From the NCBI GenBank assembly GCA_047495785.1, contig JBLDXI010000024.1, positions 992,001-1,056,000 of the forward strand: DNA of 64,000 nt. Direction: 5' to 3'. A model generated the notes under the pieces. It had not been told where the DNA came from and did no database searches. It was given only the letters and a program-made list of their open reading frames with translations. This DNA comes from Lepidodermella squamata. Its lineage: Eukaryota; Animalia; Gastrotricha. Each line of letters opens with the position of its first letter. Positions within the stretch are counted from its first letter, which is position 1. Shown here one piece after another: positions 24,273-36,272 of the stretch. The translations under genes were made by a program, and so were the position numbers.

Positions 24273-24776
24273 CAGTGCAGAATCGTTATAACAAACTCGT
24301 ATAATGCCAGAAAAACACGTTCGCTATAGCAATAGTTCACTACAACCGAGTTTGCTGTATTTGCCTTGATATCTTGATTTTCTTGAATTCCTTCTTGATT
24401 TTCGGCAATGTGATCCGATTCGTCCCATTCCGATGAACCAGATCAGGCTGAAAATTCATGATAGGATTCATCGGATGAAGAATATTCTTTCTCAGGAATT
24501 TCTGATTTGGCATTCTTAACCCTAATTTCAGATAAAAATGAAAAAAGAACTTGCTGAAATCTTCAGGTTCGTAATAACGATGGTAAAAAGCCCGTGTTTA
24601 TGGATGATCGGGCCACCTCGCGGCGTTCGCTACAGAGAAAGTTCGTTATATAAAATGTTCGTTACAACAAAGGTTGTTCACATGCAAAATAGCCTAGTTC
24701 GGCACGAGCCAGCAATTTTCGTTCGTTACAACAAAAGTTCGTTGTATACCCCGTTCCTTATAACGATTCTGCACTG
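24273..24776. mobile_element. Non-autonomous Tc1/mariner/pogo-type element (MITE), 504 bp
   Basis: Perfect 19-bp TIRs CAGTGCAGAATCGTTATAA ... TTATAACGATTCTGCACTG, flanked by TA at 24271-72 and 24777-78. Repeated subterminal GTTCGTTAYAAC-like motifs; no transposase. Confidence 0.9.
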
Positions 24777-24899
24777 TATTAGTAGTAGTTTATTGATAAA
24801 ACAGTGTTCTGATTTTAGGTAACAGTTTGCCTATAGACAAGGGTATCCTCATTTGATCAATTTTTACTGTAACAGGTGGTTATTTATGATTTTACAAGA

Positions 24900-26100
24900 G
24901 TCTTCTATCGACGAAATGACCATAACGCACATGAGGGAATGCGGTAGTTCGAGACTTTTTGGCGAAGTCGCGGAAGAACTTGGTGATGGTACAGCGGGCT
25001 CCAACGAAGTGGTCGATTACCTTGAGGGACGTTAGATTATATCTCTCATTGAAGTAATCGGCATAAGGCTCGTACATGATGTGCCCGTTTTCTTTGTCAA
25101 CTTCCAGGGTTTGATCAGCACAGTATCTTCGAAGCGGATGGTAGCCCTTTTCGTGTGTTCATGTTGAACACGATTTATAATTTCTAAAAGCCTGGAAAAG
25201 AAAACAGTAGGTAATTTGAAATGTGAACCAAGACCTTACGATGCGCAATTTCGGACTGCTTGAGTCTTGAGCTCAACCATGCATTTTCTCCTATTAAAAA
25301 GTCAGATTTGAGCTACAGGATGACCTGAAGAGTCCTACATGCGAATGGTATTATTTTACCATAAACATAGGGAATTCAAGGCACTATTCGTCGAAATTTC
25401 ATGAAACCTGGCATGAATCTAAGCGAGTCATTCGGTTTTGAAAAATCGAAAACAAACAATTTAGGGGCGGCGGTTGACTCGGCCTAACCTTGATCATTAT
25501 TGTCAAGTTCGGATAAATTTAGATTTTTGATGTCAAGAACCGTTTCTCTCAGATAGTTTTTGTCTTGGTTGCAGCTGTGGCTGCAGAAGTGGTTGCAGCT
25601 TCTAGCCTCAAAGAATTCTAAGACAGCAGGCATTGGTGAGGCATTGGTTTGGAACCTACTCTTTGGTTTATTTTCTAAGCGGGGAAATACCGCGCCGTCT
25701 GGCCGGTTGATTCACCTACGGAAACAGTGGCCTTCGCCGACAATTTGAGATTGGCTGGCACTGGCGTAGACCACGTCGAGCGAGTGAAGCATAAATTAGG
25801 AAATGGCCGAACTCGCACAGAGTATTCGAAATTATCTGATCAGGTGCCACGAATTCCACTCGTAACGCTGCAAACCCGCATCCGTATAGCATCAAAAATT
25901 CAAGTATCATCAAAGGACATAGAACAGTGGTGTGCAAATATTTTTTTACAGGCGATTTTGGCAGCTGGAAATTTCCCTTTAACCGGCGGCAATACCCTCG
26001 GCATAGAGAACGGAGTTCTCTATGACCCTCGGCATCTCCAACAGGCCGCACTGTCGGATTATTTTTATGTCTCATTGACTGCAGCAACCGATTCTCGTTG
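24900..26100 (+). pseudogene. Heavily decayed coding-like sequence, possibly a hAT transposase relic
   Basis: 24941-25057 reads AVVRDFLAKSRKNLVMVQRAPTKWSITLRDVRLYLSLK*, similar to the hAT xxLxxxxxTRWNSTxxxxxRxLxLK block. Many stops; no coherent gene model on either strand. Confidence 0.25.
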
Positions 26101-26456
26101 TAAACATTTTGATCAGAAAAAATTCAAAATTTATAAACATATTACCATGCAGAAAATGTGTTGAGACTACCATGCCAAAAATGCTACACAACCTTCTCAA
26201 TTTCAAACAATTTTCCCAATCATTTTCGGCTATTATTTATTTTCGGCTATTCGGACATGGAGCTATGCGGAATCCTGTTGCTATTCGATACAGGATCCCT
26301 GGAACCGTGCAAAAATGCTAAAACAACCAGGAACCCCACCGCACAACCCCAAATGACGGTATCGACTGCTGACAACCGCATCAAAACTCCCTAACAGCTT
26401 GTCATAAGTAGCAATTATTTTGTCTTGAAAGCGATGGAAGAACGAAAGAGTGATTG

Positions 26457-26513
26457 CCTTGTTTGAACGCGTTTGAACCCTTGTTTGAACGCGTTTGAAC
26501 CCTTGTTTGAACG
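26457..26513. repeat. Tandem repeat, 22-bp unit CCTTGTTTGAACGCGTTTGAAC, about 2.6 copies
   Basis: Exact copies at 26457-26478 and 26479-26500; partial copy at 26501-26513. Confidence 0.9.
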
Positions 26514-26550
26514 ACTAGGGACTAGAGACTGGCCTGACCTCCCAGGCCGG

Positions 26551-26762
26551 CACGGAAACAGGGGAACGATTACGTTAGGGGTGAACAAAGGGGTTCAAAC
26601 GTTGACATCTTAGCTCACCGAAATATTTGAGTGAAATCGATTTGTTCGCAGTTGTTCTCATCCCATTTTGGGAGAAATTTCGGTGAACAGCGGGGAACGC
26701 AGCATCGACTTCACCTTCTGTTCACCCCTATCATTTTTCATCGTTTTCCCCTCATTTCCGTG
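26551..26762. repeat. Imperfect inverted repeat, MITE-like
   Basis: CACGGAAACAGGGGAACGAT...TAGGGGTGAACA (26551-26587) pairs with TGTTCACCCCTA...ATCGTTTTCCCCTCATTTCCGTG (26719-26762). Confidence 0.6.
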
Positions 26763-28173
26763 ACAGTCTGGGCTGACCTGCGCCCCGCTGTGCCATACGG
26801 TAGTCTGAGAATATGTCATGCGTTTATTCAAGGCCGCATGATTCTAGGGAGGCGACAACACCCGCCGGAACGAGGGATTCGAAAGATTTCAGTCGACAGG
26901 CTCACCACCGCAAACTATTTAAAAATGTCCTTTCCTTTCAGCTGTTGTCGAGTTGGACATTGGTACATTTCGCGGTGCTGTGAAAGTGGTGAAAGCCGTA
27001 CAGACGAGTCGAAAAAGAAGCCAACTTCGACGCAACAAGCAGCACGCAGCAGTTCAGTAATCAATCGCATGCTGCTCATCCAAATTTTTCTTTTAATAAT
27101 TTGTATTTTATTTAATTTTTATACAGTATTTAACAATCAAATTTTGCCTTGCTTTAAATGTTATTTTTAGCCTTCAACACTGATAAAGGAACGTAGGTTT
27201 TTGGAAGACAAAACGACGGCTTATTCACTACGATGTTTTTCACTGGCCAGTTATTTTGGCATGCTTCCTTATAAGGTTTAGCTGAGGCAGGGGGCTTGTC
27301 AGTTTTCAGCTTTCAACTGTGCACACGAAATGAATATTTCTCCTCTTTGAACGAGTTTACATTATGTATTAGTTGTTTCAATGGGCTCGTCGCTGATTCG
27401 TTTCCCTTTGCTAATGTTTTAGCTGGGACCCGATGTCTGCTGTACTATGAACCGAACGCTTTAAGTGCTGGGGCATGTTGCCTTTTGTAACAGCTACGCT
27501 TAATTTCCTCAAATATGATAATCAATGGTCAGTGGGATTTAGTTGAAATAACTGAAATACCTTAACAGAATTGAGTATGCAAATCCCATACACATTTGGA
27601 TGTAACATTTTGGATCTCGCTTTTATGCGGAGTTACGATCGGGCAATTGGTGATTGATTTCGGAGTGATTCATCCCCAAGCTTGGAAGTTTGTTCACTAC
27701 ATACTATCTAGCAAATATTGCTTAGTATCATACGTCATTCATGTTTCGTGTAAATCGCGCAATTATCAGATGTTAGAAAGCTCCATTGCCCACCCATCTG
27801 ATTACGGTTCTAGCTTTGTTTCTTTTCTTTTTCATACTTCTACTTGTTTTTAGTTGTTTCCCGTCACAGCAAATCAGAATGGTCAAATTAGCTGTGCGGC
27901 TCTGCTGTGAAGAATATGTTGGGGTTTGCACGGCTAATAGGTACTGTGCGAGACTCCGTATCAATGCGCTAGGTTGTTATTTTTCTCAGACGGTCATTCA
28001 TGCTTGAAGTAGCAAATGTTTTTTTTCTGGTTGCTCTTAACTTTTGACTCAAACTTCATAGACTTTCATAATCTCAATTTGATGCTTTTTTTAATAGAAT
28101 TTTATGCTTTTATACTTCTTAAGGCCGCCCGTTGTGCAAAACAAATCATTATATCTTTTTTATGAACAATACA

Positions 28174-28716
28174 ATGCTTCTCGAAGTTCAGTCAGCGGTG
28201 GATTTTCTATCGCGAATACTCAAAAAGTCTGCATGTCTAACCAAAGAGCAGATCAATACCTTCGGTGAAGTTTTAAAAAGTCAACTAGTCGCTCATTACT
28301 CGCAACACTGGTATCCTGAATATCCTCTAAGGTATGCATTCATTCTGTTGTACTCTTACTCTTCAATTTAATTACTTCTTCCTTCCTCCAATAGGGGAAA
28401 TGGTTATCGTTGTCTTCGCAATACTTCCCGATTAAACCCGTTGATCGTTCGTGCTGGATCCGCCTCTGGTCTTTCTGAAAAGGACCTCAAAAAACTCTTG
28501 CCTGGTGAACTTACGATCTGGGTTGACCCTCGAGAAGTAACCTTCCGTATCGGCGACGAGGGCAGTGTCGGTATTCTATATCAAGAAAACACCTCGACAA
28601 CATCGACTCATACTGCCTCGAAGCAACAACCAAAGCCTGTGTGTCGAGACGAAGAGTTTGAGTCAAGCCCTTTCAGTGAGACGGTCAAGCACATACCTGT
28701 AATGGCCCTGAGCTGA
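28174..28716 (+). CDS. BTG/Tob antiproliferative protein (BTG1/2-like), about 159 aa; exons 28174-28331, 28395-28716
   Basis: Box A HYSQHWYPEYPLR|GNGYRCLR and Box B LPGELTIWVDPREVTFRIGDEGS. A long AT-rich downstream region is consistent with a 3' UTR. Confidence 0.95.
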
Positions 28717-30302
28717 ACTTTTTGTTTGAACTCATTCTGCCATGTTCATCATCTTTTGTGCACACTTCTGTACCTGCAAAGTCACTTTTATTCATCAGTT
28801 GCCGTATATACACTTCGTTTAAGGTTTCATTCTACTTCTACGTCTCCCTCCATTTGATTTTTGGCATCATCTGGATTGTAATATAGACATTTTGGTCTTC
28901 ATTGTTGTGCGTCCTGTGTCGTGCGACAAGTAATCTCTCCTTGCTACTTTGGTGGCAACTAAATTTTGTTGACTGTTGTTTATATATGTATACAAAAAAG
29001 CGAGTAGAGATGATTGCCATTGATGATACCAATAGCTAATATACACAACGTAAAAATATATACATAATTGACATGAGTGGGTGCATTTGTGTGATATTTA
29101 ATAACGACTACTACTACTACCACTACTGCTTTTTTCGCTATTATTATAGGCCTAGTTTTGTCTCGAAAGTTGGTAAGGTGTTCTTGCTGGTCTGTCTCAT
29201 GCGTACGCTCTAAGGTGTTGTACACAAAATTCACCATGTGCTGTTTTTTGTATTTTATACTGCTAGATGATGATCGATTATCGTGCGTGTTTTTGTAAGA
29301 GTACTGCTACCTATTCATTACAACAAAAGGGAGGAGCAACAGTCTTTTTTCAGGCGTGTTCAGGTTTTGACGAGGTTCTCAAATGAAGCAAATCTTTCTT
29401 TGAACAGACACTTATTACATTTCTTAGTAGATTTTATTTCGTTCTAACTATATCACTATAGGCTGTAATAATCAGTATGCGTCATCGCTATTATCGTTTC
29501 TATTGGTAATTTTGATGCCGTGTTTTTCATAGAAGATTTCATACCAACGGAAGCTAACAGCTGGATTGTTTGTTTCAAATGCTACTACCTATATGTTACT
29601 GAATCTTGTGCTTTCTCTCGCGCGTTTTTTCAGAAGAAGACTGATTTAATAATTATGATGATGGTAACAAAATTGTGCTGTGTAAACAATACATCGTTTC
29701 GTATAATATTAGTGTAATATTTGGGTTTTCTCGTTTCGTTTCGTTGGTGTTACTTGTGTTATTATTCTTTATAACTAATGATGATTATATACACACTGTA
29801 CAATGATAGCAAGGTGACTTTCGCGCTGGTGGGACGCATCCACACCTTTTTGCCAAAGGAGTACGGACTGCTTTCTGCTGTGTGATTCGTGATCTAGTGT
29901 TGTTGTTTGCTGGTTGTTAGGCGACAAGAAGAAGCTCTAGATGCGTTCAATTGTTGTACATTTACCCTATATTAACTTCTGAGGATGATGAGAATATTTG
30001 ATTTTGTGTACACACACTGAATACGAGTATGGATGGATGGATGATGGTAATTTTCGACTCTTCGCGTCAGACAAAATATGTATATATTTATACGCACATA
30101 TATACATATCTATATTTGGCATGCGAATATGCGATGACGACATACAAACAAAGACACTTGCTCTCTTTCCTTTCTAAGAACATTTGTAATTAAAACTAAA
30201 CTAGTTCTCAGCAGTTTGTGTTTTTTTTGTTAAATTCCACCTTAATTTTCGTAGCTAGCTGCTGTTTTTAAGAGAGACTGACTGAGTGAGAGATAGAGAG
30301 AC

Positions 30303-32251
30303 ATGGTTGGCCGCAAGCGAACAGCAGCGAAAGCAGCTAAAAGTGGCGCGTCGCCTCCGAAATTGAAAAAGACGGCCAGTCAAGTTGCTTTTGATTCGGC
30401 GGTGGAGACTCTAAAAACAGCCGCCACTAAGACTACTAGCAAGAAAAAGACGCATGCAATAGATAAACACTGCGGCCTGGCAAATAATCCCAACGCCTCG
30501 GTAAAAATATTATGCAGGCATATGACTGAACACATTAGGCTCTTTCCCGTCACCGCCGCAGGTTTTCGAGGACTACGACTGCATGTTGAATCAGACAAAT
30601 ATTGGACAGAACAACAACAAATTCTACGTCATTCAAGTGATTAAACTCAACAGCACGTACTATGTCTACAACCGCTGGGGCCGCGTTGTATGTTTCGATC
30701 GATAATGCACATCATAGCATCAGCCTAACTCATTCGCATTTGCTATTATTACTTCAGGGTGAGCGAGGGGCGGACGCGCAGTTTGGCCCGTACGCTAAAT
30801 CGGAGGATGCAATTGATAATTTCAAAAAGAAATTCAAGGACAAGACTGTTAATAACTGGGATGACCGAGCCGATTTCAAGCCAAAGTCTGGCAAATACAC
30901 CATGATAGATATGGCTGGCGATGATGAGGAGGAGGAACCTAGCGTTTCTGTTGCCGTTCCTGTTCGAGGCTCGGGCGTTACAACTGTAAAGTTTAAAACA
31001 GTAAATATACCTAAATATTAAACCAAACTGATTTAGAAACAACAATCACGCCTGGATAAGGAAACGCAAGATTTGATTTCACTGATTTTCGACTCTGACA
31101 TGTTTCAAGATCAGATGAAGCAATTTCAGATCGGTAAAAGCCTTGCTAGTTGTTTTCAAAAATCCACCTCAATCATTTGTATTTGCAGATACAAAGAAAA
31201 TGCCTCTTGGAAAATTGTCCAAAAGCCAAATCGCCAAGGGATTTGAGTGCCTAGAAGAGATCGAGACAGCCATAAAAGATGGTCGGTATTGATTTTTCCT
31301 ATCGGCGTTACTTATCTCATTTTGTTCCATACGAACGGCGTATTATATATAGGCAAATCCGGCAAGTTGCTGAGCGAACTGTCGTCTAAATTTTATACGC
31401 TAATACCACATGATTTCGGCCGCACCGTGCCGCCCGTCATCAAAACTGCGGAAGCGGTTCGCGAGAAGATGGACATGCTTTTGGTTCGTGTGTTTCTTGC
31501 TTTTATAAATACATTTCATTGTCTGTGTGTATAGGTACTTGGCGATATCGAAATAGCGCAGTCGATGCAAAAGAGCGGCCAGGCTGGGGCCGGAAAACAT
31601 CCGCTCGATGAGAAGTACGAACTGCTCGGCTGCGAGTTGACTCGCGTGCCGGCGAGCGATCAGGAATTCGCCGTGCTGAAGAAGTACACTGAAGCAACTC
31701 ACGGCCGCGGGAAACTGCTGAATATCTGGAAAGTCGAACGCAAAGCTGAAGCTAGCCGTTTTGCAGCTCATAAGGACGTGAAAAATCGCAAATTACTGTG
31801 GCACGGCACGAACGTGGCTGTTGTAGCTGCGATTCTTAAATCTGGCCTGCGCATCATGCCTCATTCAGGCGGCCGCCTGGGTCGTGGCATTTATTTCGCA
31901 TCTGAACAAGCGAAATCAGCTGCTTACGTTCGACCTGATAACAAGTCACAACGAGCTGTTATGTTCTTAAACGAAGTAGTCTTGGGCGAGGAGTTTTCGC
32001 ATTTAACTGGCGATTCAGGATTGACGAAACCTCCGCCGGGTTATCAGTCAATTGTTGGCCGTGGTCAACGCGAGCCTGACCCGAAAAAAATTACGAAATT
32101 GAAGATTGATGGGAAAGAAGTTGTTGTACCTCAGGAGAAGCCTGTTCCAATGAAGGAGTGGTCGAACAGCCATTTTTATCAGAGCGAGTACCTCATTTAC
32201 CAAGAAAATCAATGCCGCATACGCTACCTGCTTGAATTTTCATTCAAGTAA
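30303..32251 (+). CDS. PARP3: PARP3-like ADP-ribosyltransferase (WGR, regulatory and catalytic domains); exons 30303-30500, 30562-30687, 30758-31000, 31037-31133, 31189-31281, 31353-31483, 31535-32251
   Basis: LNQTNIGQNNNKFYVIQ and NRWGRV (WGR); KKMPLGKLSKSQI and FYTLIPHDFGR (regulatory); H-Y-E triad in LWHGTN, GIYFA and QSEYLIY; SGLRIMPHSGGR is characteristic of PARP3. Confidence 0.93.
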
Positions 32252-35249
32252 TCAACGACTGATAATAATAACATTGTTGTGCTTTATTTTTTTCTATTTA
32301 TTGTATCTGCTTGCTGCAAAATATTTTAGCTGTGATTATATATGGTGATTTTTCAATTATTTTTCAAAAACTCTGCTTGTCAATTACTATTCAACTCAAA
32401 CTGCCTACGCATGCTGTTCCATCTTTGTTGTTATATATTATATTGACGTTATTTTTTTCTGCTGCCTTGAATTACCTGGAATAAATCCCGCTAATTGGCG
32501 CATATATTAAACGACGAGTCGTTTTTTTTCGTACGAGAAACGAACCCTACGCTGCGATAAAAGGCTGATATGCTTATAGGCGCACCTGCCGCAGGTTCGA
32601 GCTCGTAAGTGCCTCACAGAGATATCATTTGACGTATCCTAATTACCTATCGCATTGCCAGGCCATATGTCGGAAACAGGGAAGCTGTGGTATTGCAATA
32701 ATATATTATCATAAATAATAATATTTTTCACGAATATTTTAATCACGTTTCCGGGCTGATATATTAGGGTCATGTCATACTTACTTATGATAAGGCCATT
32801 TTCATAACAAGCCATAAATCATAAAAACAAATGCCAGGGATTTATATCGAGGCATTACTTTTCGCACTTCTCCATGGTTCCCGTTTATGGTATATTAAAA
32901 CTAGTAGTAGTCGTTGCCGCCGCCTCCGCAGCTTGGAGCTTCGACCTTCCATGTTGTGTATTGCATGAGCACAAAGTTTATTACGCGCCGTTCTAGCCGT
33001 TGAATCAATAGCGCGTGTATTAATAATAATTTAACGCCACATAAAAGTACGCGGCTATATTGCTAAGAACAATACTACGCTTTCGAGCGGGGTTCAAATG
33101 CGGGCTAGACGCTCATCGTCAGGCGTTGCAGCTGTTTGCGCTGCCGTCAAAGCGGGGTCGATTTTATGCAGGCGCCGCCGCCGCCGTCGTCGACGTTGCC
33201 GTGCTGTGTCTCTTTGTTGACACTCTAAACCTGGCGTGGAGGGCCCGTGTTGTCGCGCGCGCGGCGATGCATAATTGTTATTTTTATAGTCTCTCAACAC
33301 GCAGGCAGCAGTGGAGACGGACGGCGCCCTGCTTTTTCTGTAAATTATTAAAAGCATTCCACGAGCGAGTCGGCTGTTTATTTCAAGATCGCATCGGCTA
33401 TTTTCTCGCAATGCAGTTTTTTAAAGTGCATACTTGGCTGGGGAAAATAATAATGCAACTCTCCTACCCTCAAATTTTTAGTGAATTGTTTTTTTTTCAT
33501 GCCACAACTTTTGCTTTCACACGCGAAAACAACTTGGCAAAAAAATTGCCGTAGGTTGCCGTCAATTGATGCCAAATGAGCGAGGTGAAAACCTTCCTGA
33601 GTGTAGGAGAGCAAAAAAAAACAGCACACTTTTTCCTCGTCGTCTTCATATTTTTTCAGGTATATGATTATCGAGTTCTTGTCACCTGTGACGTGCTTTG
33701 ATAAAAAACACACACCGTCTGCTTATGAAGTTATGTGTGCGACAGGTTTTTATAATGTTAACCGCGATAAGCCTCGGGACACCAGCCAAAAAACCACGTC
33801 AGTTACATCACGCGTGTGATAAAAACACAACATGTTATTTTTCTGAAATTTCAGAAAAATTACCACGTGATGAATTATTGACGATGAAAATAGCCAAATG
33901 ATATGTTGAGCGCGCAGAGGCGATAGGCGTGAGAATTGAAAATATTGATTCGCGTGCCTTGTGAAAATTGTTTTGATGAATTGAGCGAGAAAAAACCGCT
34001 AGAGTGAGAAATCAAATTTCACAGGCCGCTAAAATAATAACACATTAATGATATCGAGGGATGAGATGAAAAGGTTCAACCACACTACGCCTGAGGACAC
34101 TCGAAAAAAGCGAAGAATTTTTATCGCTCATCATTCATCACGCGGATGATAAAAAAAACTGAAGAGAGTAGGCGAAATCGCCACGACTTCAAGGGTACCC
34201 TTGAAAAGTGACGGCCCCAGTACAGCGACAATTAATGCACATACTATAGCGTAGAAACGCGCATCGGCCAAGGTAAATAAAAAACAATAATGATGATGGT
34301 ATTTACTGGTTTTTATTGCTCTTCCACTACGCCGTCATCGGGTAAATCGGCGAGTCACTAATAAAACAAGCGTTATTCAGTAGGGTGTCTCATCGAATGC
34401 CGCATGATTAATGCAACGGTGTCGAGGGCTGTTCAGGCGAAAGTAACCAGAATGAAAAATCAAAACCCGTTTATTGCATTGGTGCTAGTTTTGTCGCATT
34501 TATGCCGAAGCCGCCAGATTTTATTGCCTTATCGAAGAGCCCTGTTTTGTAAGCAAAATAACCAACGAAATATACTCCTCTAATCTAACCGCGGACAACA
34601 CGATAATGAATGCAGAATACTCGCAGCTTTCCCTTACAAAATAACGAAGCGGTGGTCACTTTTGGCTACAATCCTAACTCAATACCTGCTATACATAGCT
34701 TCGAGTGTTTTTCAATCTTAATTTAATCATGAACTTTAAGCAGTTATCTCGGCTATCCCCCTTAGTATGGTTAGCTTAGATCATATGTGTATACCCAGGA
34801 TCTATGCATCACTAAAATTCGAAAGATTCCCATCTGAGATAAATGTTCGAGAGTTTATATGATGAGTTGTCCTATGATCATAGACTCTAATGTGCCTCCG
34901 CATTCCTTCAAATAAGTCATATTCTTCCCCAAGAATCAGGAAAATAAGGCTCGCAGTCTCATAAGGCATTTTGAGTTCCTTCACCCCTCGAACACGAAAT
35001 AACTGATGCATCTATTTGAAGATCAATTTGACTTGCAGCTAAATTTTGTTTAAGATTGTTAGGAAATTAATTACTTTTGCAAAGCTCCCTGCTCCCATTT
35101 CAAATTTCGGACAAAACGAGCTTCGGGAGCCTCACTGAAAGATGAAAGCTCATTCGCAGAAAAGGGGTGACCTTCAAAAATTCCTGCACTAATCCCAGCA
35201 ACTTTTTTATGTTTTCCGATATCGAGCTTTTTGCTTCATACTGCGAAAC

Positions 35250-35423
35250 TGGTCTGAAACTACTGCAGGGGGCGGAGTTCATTCATCTTTTTAATGAGGA
35301 GCTTGGAAAAATTGACGAGTTTCATGAATTGCAACTCGCTCTTTTCAATGAAAAAGCAAATCTTCAAATTCTTCAATTTTTCCAAGCCCCTCATTAAAAA
35401 TATGAATGAGTAGTTTCAGACCA
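35250..35423. repeat. Fold-back (MITE-like) inverted repeat
   Basis: 35280-35315 pairs with 35373-35408 (34/36 match); outer arm TGGTCTGAAACTACT (35250-35264) pairs with AGTAGTTTCAGACCA (35409-35423). Confidence 0.85.
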
Positions 35424-35874
35424 CACTATAGATTGACGATTTTGCTTCATTTCAGGTAAATTCAATAATATTCCAGATGCTAAAAAACCTTATTTTCAAG
35501 CGTCATGTCGTAGCTGGTAGCAAGTTTTTCACCCAAGTTGATCATTATTTACCTTTTTATTTATCGAAGTTCAAAGAAAGGATTCGTGAATTCCTTAGCG
35601 CGTTTCCTTCTGATTGACACAAATTAATCGCTTTTTTTAATTCTATCGATTGGTAAAAATCAAAGTCATAAAATGCATGTGGAGTCATATGATTCGAACT
35701 AAAAACTTCTGGCACCTTCTGTTGCCGACGGACCTCGAATTGCTATCGATAATAGCCTCAGGACCTGCAGAAGTGACTTCGTTGATTTGAAATTTTCACG
35801 CCTCATCGTAACCACGCTTTGTTTCCTCAATTTCCTCAAATCATATTCAATATTTACTCATAGATTCTTAGCAC

Positions 35875-36272
35875 ATGACCGATATAGAAGGTGATGCCAA
35901 GCCCGACGTGGGTGTCAAAGCTTCGGAAGACACCCACCAGATTATTACCGATGAAAATGACGACAGCGATAAACACGTGAAGGATGTCCCTATCATTCAG
36001 ATCAGCGACGACGACCCTGGTTATGCCGCTTACCGAGCCGTCATGGAGGCTAAGAAGCGAAAGAGCAGTATTGGCGGTGAGCGAAGGCGCAGCAGCGTTA
36101 CGCAATCGCGTCGGCCATCACTCGGACTCACCTTGGCAACGATGGCCCGGCATTATGCTGCCCAGCCGGAATTTGCTGGGCGACGTGACTCATTAGGACT
36201 ACTACTGCCCCGACTCGAGGCGAAAAGACGTCGCTCTTCCGTTGGCCTCATTCAGATGAAATACGAGGAGAA
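35875..36272 (+). CDS. Upstream coding exon predicted to splice in frame to filamin (N-terminal extension)
   Basis: 132 codons ending GAG AA|GTAAGT (phase 2). The acceptor at 38300 supplies G ATA AAT CCA GTA GTT GAG ATG, giving ...YEEK-INPVVE-MATSG in frame. Confidence 0.75.

Noticed and set aside
25150-25175. In-frame TGA upstream of the 24892-25077 minus-strand ORF as possible selenocysteine
   Set aside because: No selenoprotein similarity or SECIS seen; the region is full of stops and looks decayed.
26457-26513. Repeat array as CRISPR-like
   Set aside because: Units abut with no spacers, and the context is eukaryotic.
26631-28007. Short ORFs upstream of BTG
   Set aside because: Mostly non-ATG starts with AT-rich non-coding composition; probably BTG promoter, 5' UTR or intron.
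32560-32620. GGTTCGAG resembling a tRNA T-loop/B-box
   Set aside because: No acceptor stem, A-box or cloverleaf could be built.
32300-34700. ORFs such as 33060-33554 upstream of filamin, and those in 45600-47600
   Set aside because: No domain similarity or coding-like composition; more likely regulatory, UTR or intron sequence.
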